From Alphaproteobacteria bacterium (GTDB taxonomy: Bacteria > Pseudomonadota > Alphaproteobacteria > Bin95): a stretch of 64,000 nt of DNA. Below, piece after piece: positions 29,193 to 39,707 of the stretch (positions within the stretch are counted from its first letter, which is position 1; each line of letters begins with the position of its first letter). The stretch is from the NCBI GenBank assembly GCA_963665325.3, contig CAXXWS020000003.1:416001-480000 (forward strand), written 5' to 3'. The position numbers and the translations under genes were made by a program. The notes under the pieces are model-generated. The model was not told the DNA's origin and made no database searches. It worked only from the letters and a program-made list of their open reading frames with translations.

Positions 29193-30542
29193 ATGAAAGC
29201 CGGAGGCAAGGGTCTTTGGGGCTGGATGGCTTTCGACTGGGCCAACCAGCCTTTCCACACCGTCATCCTGACATTCGTGTTCGGCCCCTATTTCGCGTCC
29301 CGGGTTGCGGAAGATGTCGTAAGCGGCCAGGCGATATGGGGCTATACGGTCGCGGCGGGATCGGTGCTGATGGCGCTCTCGGCGCCGGTGCTGGGCGCGG
29401 TTGCCGATGCGCAGGGGCCGCGCAAGCCATGGATTCTGGCGTTCTCGCTGCCCTATGTCGTGGGCGCCGCCGGGCTGTGGCTCGCCGTGCCCGGCATGGC
29501 GGACCCGCTGCCGGTCCTGGTGCTGCTGGCCGTGGCGCTGATCGGGGCGGAGCTCACTCTGGTATTCGTCAACTCGCTGCTGCCGGAAGTCGGGCCGCAT
29601 GAGGAACTCGGGCGCATATCGGGCTCCGGCTGGGCGTTCGGCTATTGGGGCGGCCTTGTGGCGCTCGTCGTCGTGCTCGGCCTGATGACGCCGGCGCCCG
29701 GCTCGGACATGACGATCCTCGGCGTGGCGCCGATCCTCGGCCTCGACGCGGCGCTCGGCGAGGGTGCGCGCGCGACCGGGCCGTTCGCAGTGCTCTGGTA
29801 TGTCGTCTTCATGGTGCCGTTCTTCCTCTGGTCGCCGGATGTCGGCCGGCGCGCGCGCGGAACCGCCGGCGCGGTCGCCGAAGGTCTGCGCAGCCTGAAG
29901 ACGACGCTCGTCGGCCTGCCGTCGAGGCCTAGCCTGCTCGCCTATCTGCTGTCCTCCATGTTCTACCGGGACGCCATACTGGGCATCGCCACCTTCGGCG
30001 GAATCTATGCCACCGGCGTGCTCGGGTGGGGCATGTTCGAGCTCGGTCTCTTCGGCCTCGTCATCCTCATCACCGGTGCGCTCGGCGCCTGGACCGGCGG
30101 GCTGCAGGACCGGCGCCGCGGACCCAAGCCGGTGATCCTGTTCAATATCGTCGTGCTGACGGCCGCTGCGGCCGCCATCATGTCCATCGGGCCGAACGAA
30201 GTGCTGTTCATCGCCGTCGGCACAGCGGAAGCGCCGTCCGCGCTGCCGGCGATCGCCTTCTATTTCTGCGGCGCGGTCATCGGCGCCACATCCGGCTCGC
30301 TGCAGGCGGCATCGCGCACCATGCTCGTCCACCAGGCCGACCGGGAGCGGATGGCCGAGGCGTTCGGCCTCTTTGCGCTGACCGGCAAGGCCACGTCCTT
30401 CCTCGCCCCCTTCTTCGTCGCGCTGGCGACCGACCTGTCCGGCAGCCAGCGCCTGGGCGTGGTGCCGATCCTGGTCCTGCTCGCCATCGGCCTGGTGCTG
30501 ATGGCCTGGGTGCGTCCCGAGGGCGACCGGGCGCGGGCGTGA
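29193..30542 (+). CDS. MFS transporter, UMF1/Atg22-like
   Basis: WMAFDWANQPF, GRISGSGWAFGYWGG, QAASRT, FGLFALTGK. Confidence 0.88.
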   Translation: MKAGGKGLWGWMAFDWANQPFHTVILTFVFGPYFASRVAEDVVSGQAIWGYTVAAGSVLMALSAPVLGAVADAQGPRKPWILAFSLPYVVGAAGLWLAVPGMADPLPVLVLLAVALIGAELTLVFVNSLLPEVGPHEELGRISGSGWAFGYWGGLVALVVVLGLMTPAPGSDMTILGVAPILGLDAALGEGARATGPFAVLWYVVFMVPFFLWSPDVGRRARGTAGAVAEGLRSLKTTLVGLPSRPSLLAYLLSSMFYRDAILGIATFGGIYATGVLGWGMFELGLFGLVILITGALGAWTGGLQDRRRGPKPVILFNIVVLTAAAAAIMSIGPNEVLFIAVGTAEAPSALPAIAFYFCGAVIGATSGSLQAASRTMLVHQADRERMAEAFGLFALTGKATSFLAPFFVALATDLSGSQRLGVVPILVLLAIGLVLMAWVRPEGDRARA

Positions 30543-30547
30543 CGGAA

Positions 30548-30892
30548 ATGCCGGCCGTCCGCATCGACTATATCGAGCTCGCCGTGGCCGACACCGCCCG
30601 GTCGAAAGCCTTTTACGGCCGCGCCTTCGGCTGGACCTTCACCGATTTCGGCCCCGGCTACACCGAGTTCGCCGACGGGCGCATGAAGGGCGGTTTCAAC
30701 GCGCTGGAGGGCGGCGCCGTTCCGGGCGGCCCGCTCATCGTGCTCCACAGCGACGACCTTGAGGCGGCCCGGCAGCGCGTCGAGGAGGCCGGCGGCAGGA
30801 TCGTGAAGCCCGCCTACCCCTTCCCCGGCGGCCATCGTTTCCATTTCACCGACCCGGACGGCCACGAACTTGCCGTCTGGACCGAGGACTGA
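30548..30892 (+). CDS. VOC/glyoxalase family protein
   Basis: IDYIEL...SKAFYG.AFGW, FPGGHRFHFTDPDGHELAVW. Confidence 0.9.
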   Translation: MPAVRIDYIELAVADTARSKAFYGRAFGWTFTDFGPGYTEFADGRMKGGFNALEGGAVPGGPLIVLHSDDLEAARQRVEEAGGRIVKPAYPFPGGHRFHFTDPDGHELAVWTED

Positions 30893-30903
30893 CGGCGCGG
30901 CCC

Positions 30904-31893
30904 CTACCGGCCGGCAAGCAGTTTGGGATCGATCTGTAGCGTGAGCGGCTTTCCGGCGAGGAAGCGGTCCAGATTGTCGAGGAAGAGGTCGTCGTTTCGC
31001 CTGACGGTGCCGGGCGAGGCGCCGGCGCAATGCGCGCTCATCCGGACGCGCGGATGCGACCAGAAACGGCTCCATGCGGGCAACGGCTCCTCCTCGAACA
31101 CGTCCAGCACGGCATGCGCCGGGCGGCCGCGGTCGAGTGCGGCGAGCAGCGCGCGCTCGTCCACCAGCCCGCCGCGCGCGACATTCACCAGCACCGAGCC
31201 TTCTTTCATCGCGCCGAGAAACGCTGCATCGACCATGCCGCGCGTCTCCTCCGTCAGCGGCGCCGTCAGCACCACGACATCGGCTTCCGGCAGCGCGCGG
31301 GCGAGGTCCGACGGCGCGATCGTCGCATCGGCCGGTTCGTCACCGACGGGACGGCGGCGCACGCCGGTTACATGGGCGTCGAAGCCTCGCGCGCGCCGCG
31401 CCACCTCGCAGCCGATATGGCCCATGCCGACCACCAGCCAGCGCGTGTCCGACAGTTCCCGGAATTCGAGCCGGCTCCACTGCCGGCTTCGCTGCTGCGC
31501 GCGGCGGCGGGCGAGCGGGTGGAACGCCTCGATCACGCCGGCCAGCACATAGTCGGCGACCGCGGGCCCGGCGGCGTTGCTGTTGCAGATCGCGGCGCCG
31601 CCCTCCGCCAGCGCCGGGAAGATCGGCGCGTCATAGCCCGCGCCGCCGGATTGCAGCCAGCGCAAGGTGCCGGCATGGCGCAGCACGCCGAAGAAGGCGC
31701 GCACCGGCCCGCGCATATAGAGGCCGGAGGAGGCATAGGCGGCCGCAGGATTCACGGCGCGCCGGTCGATTGCGGCGCCGTCCGCGCCGTGCGCCGCCCT
31801 GTCGTCGTCCATCACGGCGATGTCGAGGCCGGGAAAGGCCTGGAGCCTGCCGGCAAGGCGCTCATAGTCGGGCCGATAGAGAAGCAGGCGCAT
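30904..31893 (-). CDS. D-2-hydroxyacid dehydrogenase
   Basis: VGMGHIG, PLTEETRG, VNVARGGLVDE, LDVFEEEPL, SAH. Confidence 0.9.
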   Translation of the reverse strand: MRLLLYRPDYERLAGRLQAFPGLDIAVMDDDRAAHGADGAAIDRRAVNPAAAYASSGLYMRGPVRAFFGVLRHAGTLRWLQSGGAGYDAPIFPALAEGGAAICNSNAAGPAVADYVLAGVIEAFHPLARRRAQQRSRQWSRLEFRELSDTRWLVVGMGHIGCEVARRARGFDAHVTGVRRRPVGDEPADATIAPSDLARALPEADVVVLTAPLTEETRGMVDAAFLGAMKEGSVLVNVARGGLVDERALLAALDRGRPAHAVLDVFEEEPLPAWSRFWSHPRVRMSAHCAGASPGTVRRNDDLFLDNLDRFLAGKPLTLQIDPKLLAGR

Positions 31894-32018
31894 CGGGGCC
31901 GTCCCTGGATTGCTGCAGGCTGCGCTTCTACGACGCCCCAGGGACGCCCTCGCCAATGAAGCTCCGGACAAGGTAGCATCCGGCCCGGATCGACTCAAAG
32001 AACGGCAGGAAACCAGCC

Positions 32019-33566
32019 ATGAACTGGCAGCCCGAACTCGACGAATTGCGCCGCCGCGAAGCCTTCGCGCTCAAGCTCGGCGGCGAGATGCGCGTCAGGC
32101 GCCAGCGCGACGGCGGGCGGCTCAATGTCCGCGAGCGGATCGCGGCGCTGGTCGATGACGGCAGTTTCCACGAGCTCGGCGCTATCGCCGGGCTGGCGAG
32201 CTATGACGGCCGCAACGACCTCGAACATCTGCTGCCGTCCAACTTCGTCTTCGGGCGCGCGCGGCTCGACGGGCGCCCCGTGGTCGTCGGCGGCGACGAT
32301 TTCACCGTGCGCGGCGGCTCGGCCGACGCCACCATCAAGGAAAAGCACATCATGTGCGAGCAGATGGCGAACCAGCTTCGCCTGCCGCTGGTGCGCATGG
32401 TGGAGGGCTCGGGCGGCGGCGGCTCGGTCAAGACCATCGAGACCGAGGGCCGCTCGAACGTACCGGGCGTCAAGGGGTGGGAATGGGTGGTCGAGAACAT
32501 GGGCACGGTGCCGCGCGTGGCGCTGGGGCTGGGCTCGGTCGCGGGTCTCGGCGCGGCGCATCTGGCAGCGGCGCATTTCTCCGTGCTGGTCAAGGAGCAG
32601 GCGGCGCTCTTCGTCGCCGGCCCGCCCGTGGTCGAGCGCCTCGGCGAGAAGCTCGACAAGCAGGAACTCGGCGGCTGGAAGATCCATGCCCGCAACGGCG
32701 CCATCGACTATGCGGCCGACAGCGAGGAGGACGCCTTCGACCTTGCGCGCCGGTTCCTCTCCTACCTGCCCTCCTCCATCGACGGCCTGGCCGAGCAGGG
32801 CCCGCAGACCGACGACCCGGACCGGCGCGAGGAATGGCTGATCGAAGCCGTGCCGCGCGACCGGCGCAAGGTCTATCGCGTGCGCCCCATCGTCGAGGCG
32901 GTAGTGGACCGGGGCAGCTTCTTCGAGTTCGGGCGGGACTGGGGCCGGTCGGTCGCCACCGGCTTCGCGCGGCTTGACGGCTGGCCCGTGGCGGTGATGG
33001 CGTCGGACCCTTATTTCTTCGGCGGCGGCTGGACGGCGGACGCCTGCCGCAAGGTGCGCCGCTTCGTGGATCTCGCCCAGACCTTCCATCTGCCGATGGT
33101 CTATCTGGTCGATTGTCCCGGCTTCCTGATCGGCTCGAAGTCCGAGCGCGAGGCGACGATCCGCTACGGCGTCGAGGCGATGTCGGCCATCTGGCAGACC
33201 ACCATCCCCTGGTGCGCGGTCATCCTGCGCAATGTCTTCGGCGTGGCGGGCGCCGCGCACCAGAACGGCGGGCGGCTCTCCTACCGCTATGCTTGGCCCT
33301 CCGGTTTCTGGGGCTCGCTGCCGCTGGAAGGCGGCATCGAGGCGGCCTACCGCGCGGACCTCGACGAGGCCGAGGACCCGGACGCCAAGCTCGCCGAGAT
33401 CGAGGAGCGGCTGGAGAAGCTGCGCTCGCCGTTCCGCTCGGCGGAGAGCTTCTGGATCGAGGAGATCGTGGACCCGCGCAACACCCGCCCGTTGCTCTGC
33501 GAATTCGCCAACCTGTCCGCCCCGCTCCGCGAAACCGGCCCCAGCTATTTCCGCATGCGGCCGTGA
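32019..33566 (+). CDS. Acyl-CoA carboxylase carboxyltransferase (beta) subunit
   Basis: RERIAALVD.GSF, DDFTVRGGS, FVAGPPVV, TGFARLDG, VDCPGF, EIVDPRNTR. Confidence 0.92.
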   Translation: MNWQPELDELRRREAFALKLGGEMRVRRQRDGGRLNVRERIAALVDDGSFHELGAIAGLASYDGRNDLEHLLPSNFVFGRARLDGRPVVVGGDDFTVRGGSADATIKEKHIMCEQMANQLRLPLVRMVEGSGGGGSVKTIETEGRSNVPGVKGWEWVVENMGTVPRVALGLGSVAGLGAAHLAAAHFSVLVKEQAALFVAGPPVVERLGEKLDKQELGGWKIHARNGAIDYAADSEEDAFDLARRFLSYLPSSIDGLAEQGPQTDDPDRREEWLIEAVPRDRRKVYRVRPIVEAVVDRGSFFEFGRDWGRSVATGFARLDGWPVAVMASDPYFFGGGWTADACRKVRRFVDLAQTFHLPMVYLVDCPGFLIGSKSEREATIRYGVEAMSAIWQTTIPWCAVILRNVFGVAGAAHQNGGRLSYRYAWPSGFWGSLPLEGGIEAAYRADLDEAEDPDAKLAEIEERLEKLRSPFRSAESFWIEEIVDPRNTRPLLCEFANLSAPLRETGPSYFRMRP

Positions 33567-33599
33567 GGCCGGCGAGTCCCGGCGGGGCAGCACCCCGCA

Positions 33600-34030
33600 G
33601 GGAATGTCATGAATTGTCATGTTTCGTCGCGATCCGCATAGGTATGGCTCTTCTCCTGCAGCCGGTTTGGGCATGACACCGTCCCGGCACACTCCCGGAT
33701 GCGGCGGGACCTCGGCGGAAATGTCATGAATTGTCATGTTTTGTTCCGAACCTGTCGCCCCGGGCAGCGAGAGGGTTCGTATCGCTCATCGGTCCTCCTC
33801 GTTCGTTCCGTTCTCCCCGCGCCAGCTTGTTGGCGGCGGGTCCCTTTTTCGCGCGCAATCGCGCGCGGGCGTGCGTGCCCGTCAGCGCCGGCGCGGTTCG
33901 CGCGCCTGATTGCGCCCGCGCGCGAGCCGGGTGCAAGACGCACGTCTCCTGTCCGTTCCGTTGAGTGTTTTTTTGCGCCAGCGCGAACCGGAAGGCGAAG
34001 AGCAGGGCCGCGGATGCCGTTTCCTTCCTG
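33600..34030. repeat. Dispersed structured intergenic element, copy 2 (with duplicated TGTCATG module)
   Basis: AATGTCATGAATTGTCATGTTT at 33603 and 33720; core 33835-33957 nearly identical to 12881-12995. Confidence 0.8.
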
Positions 34031-34129
34031 CCGCCTCATATTGGCCCGGATTGGCCTGAAGTCAACCCGCACAGGGAATTAATTCGGAAAAATACACAGT
34101 TTGTTTCTATCAAGGCCGGGTGCGCCTTG

Positions 34130-34159
34130 CCCCATATTGCCATATCGAGTAATATGGGG
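34130..34159. promoter_or_regulatory. Inverted repeat upstream of vapB, candidate autoregulatory operator
   Basis: CCCCATATTGC-N8-GTAATATGGGG in an AT-rich promoter region. Confidence 0.55.
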
Positions 34160-34188
34160 AACCGTATCCCGGAATGAGGGGATATGTA

Positions 34189-34437
34189 ATGAAGACCACA
34201 GTGGAAATATCGGACGGCCTTGCCGAGGAGGTGAAGGCCTATATTGCGCGGGAAGGCGTGACCTTTCGCTCGGTGGTCGAGCGCGGGTTGCGCGAGGTCC
34301 TGCGCGCGGGAGAGACGGAACCGGAACCGTTTGTGTTGCGGGACGCCAGCGTTCGCGGCCGGGGGTTGCAGGAAGCCTTCCGGGGCGCGGGCTGGGAACG
34401 CATCCGGGGCGCCGCCTATGAAGGGCGGGGGAGTTGA
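34189..34437 (+). CDS. VapB-like antitoxin (RHH-type)
   Basis: MKTTVEISDGL...TFRSVVERGLR; overlaps PIN toxin start. Confidence 0.8.
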   Translation: MKTTVEISDGLAEEVKAYIAREGVTFRSVVERGLREVLRAGETEPEPFVLRDASVRGRGLQEAFRGAGWERIRGAAYEGRGS

Positions 34438-34868
34438 TCGCCGTCGACACCAACATCCTGGTGTACGCACACCGGGCGGACTCGGAATGGCACGGGCCGG
34501 CGCGGTACCGCATCCGGGAGCTCGCCGAGGGGCGGGACCGGTGGGGGCTGCCCTGGCCGTGCATCCACGAATTCATCGCCATTGCGACCCACCCGGGAAT
34601 CTACAATCCGCCCTCGTCCCTGGAGGAAGCCCTGGACCAGGTGGACGCCTGGCTCGAATCCCCGGTCGCGGAATTGCTGACCGAGACCGGGACGCACTGG
34701 ACCGTCCTGAAGGACCAGCTGGTCGCCGGGCGGCTTCGGGGCCCGATGGTCCACGATGCCCGCGTGGCAGCGCTGTGCGTCGCGCATGGCGTGACGCAGC
34801 TCTGGTCCGCCGACCGCGATTTCAGCCGCTTCCCCGGCTTCGGCGCTAGGAACCCACTGCTTCGCTGA
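34434..34868 (+). CDS. vapC: VapC PIN-domain toxin
   Basis: IAVDTNILVYAH, E, VHDARVAA, SADRDFSRFPG. Confidence 0.92.
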   Translation: MIAVDTNILVYAHRADSEWHGPARYRIRELAEGRDRWGLPWPCIHEFIAIATHPGIYNPPSSLEEALDQVDAWLESPVAELLTETGTHWTVLKDQLVAGRLRGPMVHDARVAALCVAHGVTQLWSADRDFSRFPGFGARNPLLR

Positions 34869-34988
34869 CGCGGTTCCGGCTGTTTCCGTATGCAGCCGTG
34901 AGGGGCGAGACGGGCCGCTTCGTTCGACCGTGCTTGACGTCGGGGAGTCGGAAGGAGCTATGTTGGGATATTCGAAAGGAGGCTGCGG

Positions 34989-35237
34989 ATGGAGCGGATC
35001 GTGAATCTGCATATAGAGAAGCAGCCGGAAGGCGTCTGGCTGGCGACCTCCGAGGAGATACCGGGTCTTGTTGCACAGGGGCGAACGGTTACCGAGACGC
35101 TGGAAATCGCTCGCGACGTCGCCCGGAAACTTCTCGAGGCCCGATCCGAACGGCATGGCCGGCAGGAACTCGATGAAGCGGGACCGATGCCGGTCGCGGA
35201 CTGTCTCGACTATCCGCTGGTGGTCGGCGGAGTCTGA
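34989..35237 (+). CDS. HicB-like antitoxin (short, DUF1902-like)
   Basis: EGVWLATSEEIPGLVAQGRTV.E.LE.ARDV partial RNase H fold. Confidence 0.82.
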   Translation: MERIVNLHIEKQPEGVWLATSEEIPGLVAQGRTVTETLEIARDVARKLLEARSERHGRQELDEAGPMPVADCLDYPLVVGGV

Positions 35238-35465
35238 ATGGGCCGACTTGCAGGTTTCCGCTACCGCGCCGTCGTCAAACGATTGAAGTCATCCGGATTC
35301 GCATTCGACCGCCAGGCCGCCGGATCCCATGAGATCTGGTTCAGCGCTCAAGCTGACCGCTATACTACCGTTCCCAATCATTCCGGTGCGATGCCTGAAG
35401 GCACTTTGCGTGCCATCCTGCGACAGGCGGGAATTTCAGTGGACGATTTTCTGAAATCGAAATAG
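35238..35465 (+). CDS. hicA: HicA family toxin
   Basis: LKSSGF...AGSHEIW...TTVPNH..MPEGTLRAILRQAGI. Confidence 0.92.
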   Translation: MGRLAGFRYRAVVKRLKSSGFAFDRQAAGSHEIWFSAQADRYTTVPNHSGAMPEGTLRAILRQAGISVDDFLKSK

Positions 35466-35488
35466 GCGAACAGCCTTGGCTGCCCCTT

Positions 35489-36589
35489 TCAAGGCCGTCC
35501 GGAGCCGCCTTCCAGCGTGAGGACGCGGGCTGCGAGGCGGCGGAGCTGACGGGCGACGCGGCCCATGCGCGCCAGATGCGCCTGCGCGGCGAGATAGACG
35601 GATTTGGGCCGGGCCGGATAGCCGACCCAGACCTGGCCGGGCGGCACGGACTTCCAGACCGCAGCAGCACCGCCCACCACTGCATCGTCGCCGATCTCGA
35701 TATGGTCGGCGAGCATGGCCGCGCCGCCGAGCACTACTCGGTTGCCGATGCGCGTGCTGCCGGCAATGCCGGTCTTGCCGGAAATCAGGCAGTCCTCGCC
35801 GATGGCGATGTTGTGGCCGATCTGGCAGAGATTATCGATCTTGGTGCGCGCGCCAATGCGCGTCGCGCCGATATTCGAGCGGTCTATGCAGCTGTTGGCG
35901 CCTATCTCCACATCGTCGCCGATCTCGACCCGCCCTAGCGAACCGATGCGCCGCATCCGCTCGTTGACGACGCCGTGAAAGTCGCCCGAGCGCCGGGCCG
36001 CCTCGAAGGAGGCGGGCCCGCGGGTCACATAGCTGAAGCCGTCAGCGCCGATGGCCGCGCCGGCCTGCAGGATGACGCGCGCGCCGAGCAACACCCCCTC
36101 GCCGATGCGCACGCCGGCATGGAGCAGGCAGTCGGGGCCGATGCGCGCCCCCGCTCCGACCGAGGCGTGGGAGAGGATGCGCACGCCCGCGCCGATCTCC
36201 GCCCCCGGCCCCACGGAAACAAACGGCCCGAGCGAAACGTCCGGGCCCAGGACTGCGCCGGCATCGACCGCGGCCGTCGGATGCACGCCGGGCGGCGCAT
36301 GCGGGCCCGGCTCGAACAACGCCACCAGCCCGGCCAGCGCGTAGCGCGGCGCCTCCACCTCGACCCAGGCGTCGAGAGCGCCCTCGGGCGGTTCTGCCCC
36401 TTCCGGCAGCACCGCGGCGCGGACCGGCGACTCCGCCAGCATGGCCGCGTGGCGCGCCTCCATCAGGAAGATCAGGTCGCCCGCCCCGCGCGCCTCGACG
36501 GGATGGACCAGCCGTTCGACCGTAAACCCTCCATCGCCGTGCAAGCGCCCTTCGGTCGCGGCGGCGACCGCTTCGAGCGCAACGGCCAT
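35489..36589 (-). CDS. lpxD: UDP-3-O-acylglucosamine N-acyltransferase
   Basis: Hexapeptide repeats, [30 protein letters not shown]. Confidence 0.9.
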   Translation of the reverse strand: MAVALEAVAAATEGRLHGDGGFTVERLVHPVEARGAGDLIFLMEARHAAMLAESPVRAAVLPEGAEPPEGALDAWVEVEAPRYALAGLVALFEPGPHAPPGVHPTAAVDAGAVLGPDVSLGPFVSVGPGAEIGAGVRILSHASVGAGARIGPDCLLHAGVRIGEGVLLGARVILQAGAAIGADGFSYVTRGPASFEAARRSGDFHGVVNERMRRIGSLGRVEIGDDVEIGANSCIDRSNIGATRIGARTKIDNLCQIGHNIAIGEDCLISGKTGIAGSTRIGNRVVLGGAAMLADHIEIGDDAVVGGAAAVWKSVPPGQVWVGYPARPKSVYLAAQAHLARMGRVARQLRRLAARVLTLEGGSGRP

Positions 36590-38661
36590 CAGGCGGCGCG
36601 CACCCAGACCGCCGTGTCGTGGAACACGCCGCCGCCGACCGGCGGGGCCGCGTCGGCGGAAGTGAGCGCGTTGATGCCGAGCCCTTCCTCGAACGCCTCA
36701 TGCGGCCAGATGCTCTCGACCACAACCACGCCCCGCCTCACCCCGTCGAAATGCCGGGCATGAACAACCACCGACGCCTTGTCGTTGCCGACCCGCGTGC
36801 GCCCTCCATCGGCGATGCCGAGCGCCCCGGCGTCCTTGGGATGGATCATCACGGTCGGCCGGCCCTCGCGTTGCTGCGAGGTCGGCGTCTCGGTGAAGGA
36901 GGAGTTCAGATAGCCGCGCGCCGGCGAGGTCGCCATGCGGAACGGCTTGTCGTCCGTGGCGTTTTCGATCGCGTCCCAGTGGTCGGGCAGGCTTGGCATC
37001 GACCCGGAAGTATTGTGGGCGCGCGGGGAGAATGCTCCCCAGTCCGGCTTGAAGCGGAACTTGCCGTCGGGCCATGCGAAGCCGTCGAGATAGTGGGCCT
37101 TGCGGAAATCGGGCTGGGCATCGGTCCAGCGGAGCGTCTTCAGCTCCTCGAAGCCCGGATAGCCGGAACGGCGGAGCGTGGCGTCGGCGACTTCGGCGGC
37201 CGTCATGGCGTAGCCCGGATGATCGACCCCGAGCCTCCCGGCGAGTTCGGCCGTCACCTCGTGGTTCGACCGGCATTCGCCCGGCGGCTCGACGATCTTC
37301 GGCCCAGGGATGACATAGCTGTGCCCGCCGCCCTGGTAGATGTCGTCATGCTCAAGGAACATGGTCGCCGGCAGCACGAGGTCGGCCATTTGCGCCGTCG
37401 CGGTCATGAACTGCTCATGCACGCAGGTAAACAGGTCCTCGCGCTCGAAGCCGTCGCGGACCAGAAGATGCTCCGGCGCCACCATCATCGGGTTGGTGTT
37501 CTGGATCAGCATGGCGGTCACCGGCGGTCCGCCCTGAAGGTCCGCCGGATTGCCGGTGAGCACCGGGCCGATGCGCGTCTGGTCTAGCAGGCGCACAGCC
37601 GGATCGCGCACGTCCAGCCCCTCGATCAGCGACTTGTCCCAGCCGTAAATCGCGCCGTTGTTGTGGAACGCGCCGCCGCCCTCATATTTCCAGGCTCCGG
37701 TGACGGCGGCGATGCAGGAGGCAGCGTGCATGTTCACCGCGCCGTTGCGCTGGCGCGCAAAGCCGTATCCGAGCCGGAGATAGGTGCGTTTCGTGCGCCC
37801 GATCTCGCCCGCCAGCGCCTCGATCTCGGCCGCCGGGACGCCGCAGATCGCCTCTGCCCATTCCGGCGTGCGGTCCGCCAGATGCGCCTCCAGCTCCGCC
37901 GGCGCGTCGGTCATCGCCTCCAGATAGGCGCGGTCGGCGTGGCCGTCGCGGAACAGCACATGCATGATCGCGCAGGCGAGCGCGCCGTCGGTGCCGGGGC
38001 GCACACAGACGAACCGGTCGGCCTGTTTTGCCGTCTCGTTTCGATAGACATCGACGACGACGATGCGCGCGCCGCGTTCCCTGCGGGCGCGGACGGCGTG
38101 TGTCATCACATTGACCTGGGTGTTGACCGGGTTGGTGCCCCAGATCACCAGCAGGTCGGCCTTCGCCATCTCGCGAGGATCCGAGCCGGCGAGTTTGCCG
38201 GTGCCGGCGATGAAGCCGTTCCAGGCGATAGTGGTGCAGATCGTTGCGTGGAAGCCGGAATAACCCTTGACGTGCCGCAGGCGGTTGATGCCGTCGCGCT
38301 GTACCAGGCCCATCGTGCCGGCATAGTAGTAGGGCCATACGGTTTCCGGCCCGAACTTCGCCTCGGCCTCCAGGAATTTTTCCGCGCATAGATCGAGCGC
38401 CTCGTCCCAGGAAATGCGCTCGAACTTGCCGGAGCCCTTGGGGCCGGTGCGGACCATCGGGTGGAGCAGCCGGTCGGGATGGTGGATGCGCTCGGCATAG
38501 CGCGCCACCTTTGCGCAGACCACGCCGGCGGTATAATCGTTGTCGCGGGCGCCCCGGACGCGCCCGATGCTGTGGGCGTCGAAACGCTCGACCTCGAGCG
38601 CGCAGGTAGAGGGGCAATCGTGCGGGCACGCGCTGAAATGGATGGTCGGGCTTCCGTCCAT
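36589..38661 (-). CDS. Molybdopterin oxidoreductase family protein
   Basis: CPHDCPSTC...CAK FeS motif, [27 protein letters not shown]-terminal molydopterin dinucleotide domain. Confidence 0.92.
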   Translation of the reverse strand: MDGSPTIHFSACPHDCPSTCALEVERFDAHSIGRVRGARDNDYTAGVVCAKVARYAERIHHPDRLLHPMVRTGPKGSGKFERISWDEALDLCAEKFLEAEAKFGPETVWPYYYAGTMGLVQRDGINRLRHVKGYSGFHATICTTIAWNGFIAGTGKLAGSDPREMAKADLLVIWGTNPVNTQVNVMTHAVRARRERGARIVVVDVYRNETAKQADRFVCVRPGTDGALACAIMHVLFRDGHADRAYLEAMTDAPAELEAHLADRTPEWAEAICGVPAAEIEALAGEIGRTKRTYLRLGYGFARQRNGAVNMHAASCIAAVTGAWKYEGGGAFHNNGAIYGWDKSLIEGLDVRDPAVRLLDQTRIGPVLTGNPADLQGGPPVTAMLIQNTNPMMVAPEHLLVRDGFEREDLFTCVHEQFMTATAQMADLVLPATMFLEHDDIYQGGGHSYVIPGPKIVEPPGECRSNHEVTAELAGRLGVDHPGYAMTAAEVADATLRRSGYPGFEELKTLRWTDAQPDFRKAHYLDGFAWPDGKFRFKPDWGAFSPRAHNTSGSMPSLPDHWDAIENATDDKPFRMATSPARGYLNSSFTETPTSQQREGRPTVMIHPKDAGALGIADGGRTRVGNDKASVVVHARHFDGVRRGVVVVESIWPHEAFEEGLGINALTSADAAPPVGGGVFHDTAVWVRAA

Positions 38662-38720
38662 GGGGCCGCTCCTTCCGTTCGCAGCCGGCGAGTATAGCCA
38701 ACGGGAGGCAGGGGCGCGAC

Positions 38721-39650
38721 ATGGCGGAACTCCGGGAAATTGCAAGCGGACTCAGGTTCCCCGAGGGGCCGGTGGCGCTGCCCGGCGGCGACGTGCTGGT
38801 CTGCGAGATTGCGGCCGGGCGCATTACGCGCATTTCCCCGGACGGCGCTCGGACGGTCGCGGCCGAGACCGGCGGCGGCCCGAACGGCGCCGCGCTTGGC
38901 CCCGACGGCAGGCTCTGGGTCTGCAACAATGGCGGCATGGAGTGGTACGACCGCGATGACAAGCTCTTCCCGATCGGCTGCGCGAACAACTATGACGGCG
39001 GCTCGATCCAGCGCATCGACCTGGAGACGGGCGAGGTCGAGACGGTCTGGCGCGATTGCGGGGGCGAGCCGCTCAAGGGGCCGAACGACCTCGTCTTCGA
39101 CCGGACCGGCGGCCTCTGGTTCACAGACCACGGCAAGGAGCGCGGTCGCTCGCGGGATGTAACGGGCCTCTTCTACGCGCCCGCGGACGGCGGCCCGGTC
39201 CGCGAGGTCGTCTGGCCGCTCCACGGCCCGAACGGCGTCGGCCTCTCGCCGGAAGAGGACCGGGTCTATGTCGCCGAAACGGAGGCCGCGCGCCTCATCA
39301 CCTTCGACCTGGAAGCGCCGGGCGTCATCGCCGGTTCCGGCGGCAAGCGGGTGCGCGGCCATCGCGGGCGCTGCCTCCACGGTGCGCCGGGCCTGCAATA
39401 TTTCGACTCGCTCGCGGTCGAGGCCGACGGCCGCATCTGCGTCGCGACGATCCAGAATGGCGGCATCACCGTCATCTCCCCGGACGGCAGCACGGCGGAG
39501 CATGTGGCGATGCCGGACCCGGTGACGACCAATATCGCTTTCGGCGGGCCGGGCCTCGGCACCGCCTTCATCACCCTGTCCATGTCGGGCCGGCTGGTGT
39601 CCCGACCTTGGGCCCGCCCCGGCCTGCCGCTCAATTTCCTGAACCGGTAG
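38721..39650 (+). CDS. SMP-30/gluconolactonase/LRE family protein
   Basis: FPEGPV, GPNG, PNDLVFD..GGLWFTD, FDSL.V, TTNIAFGG. Confidence 0.9.
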   Translation: MAELREIASGLRFPEGPVALPGGDVLVCEIAAGRITRISPDGARTVAAETGGGPNGAALGPDGRLWVCNNGGMEWYDRDDKLFPIGCANNYDGGSIQRIDLETGEVETVWRDCGGEPLKGPNDLVFDRTGGLWFTDHGKERGRSRDVTGLFYAPADGGPVREVVWPLHGPNGVGLSPEEDRVYVAETEAARLITFDLEAPGVIAGSGGKRVRGHRGRCLHGAPGLQYFDSLAVEADGRICVATIQNGGITVISPDGSTAEHVAMPDPVTTNIAFGGPGLGTAFITLSMSGRLVSRPWARPGLPLNFLNR

Positions 39651-39707
39651 TGGGCTGCGAGATCCGGTCGAACCGCCCCAGATTCAAGGGGTGAGCCGCC
39701 GGTGGCT

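Noticed and set aside
33603-33745. Duplicated 22-bp motif as a CRISPR array or Pho box
   Set aside because: Only two copies 117 bp apart and no cas genes; TGTCAT period is 10 bp, not the 11 bp of PhoB boxes
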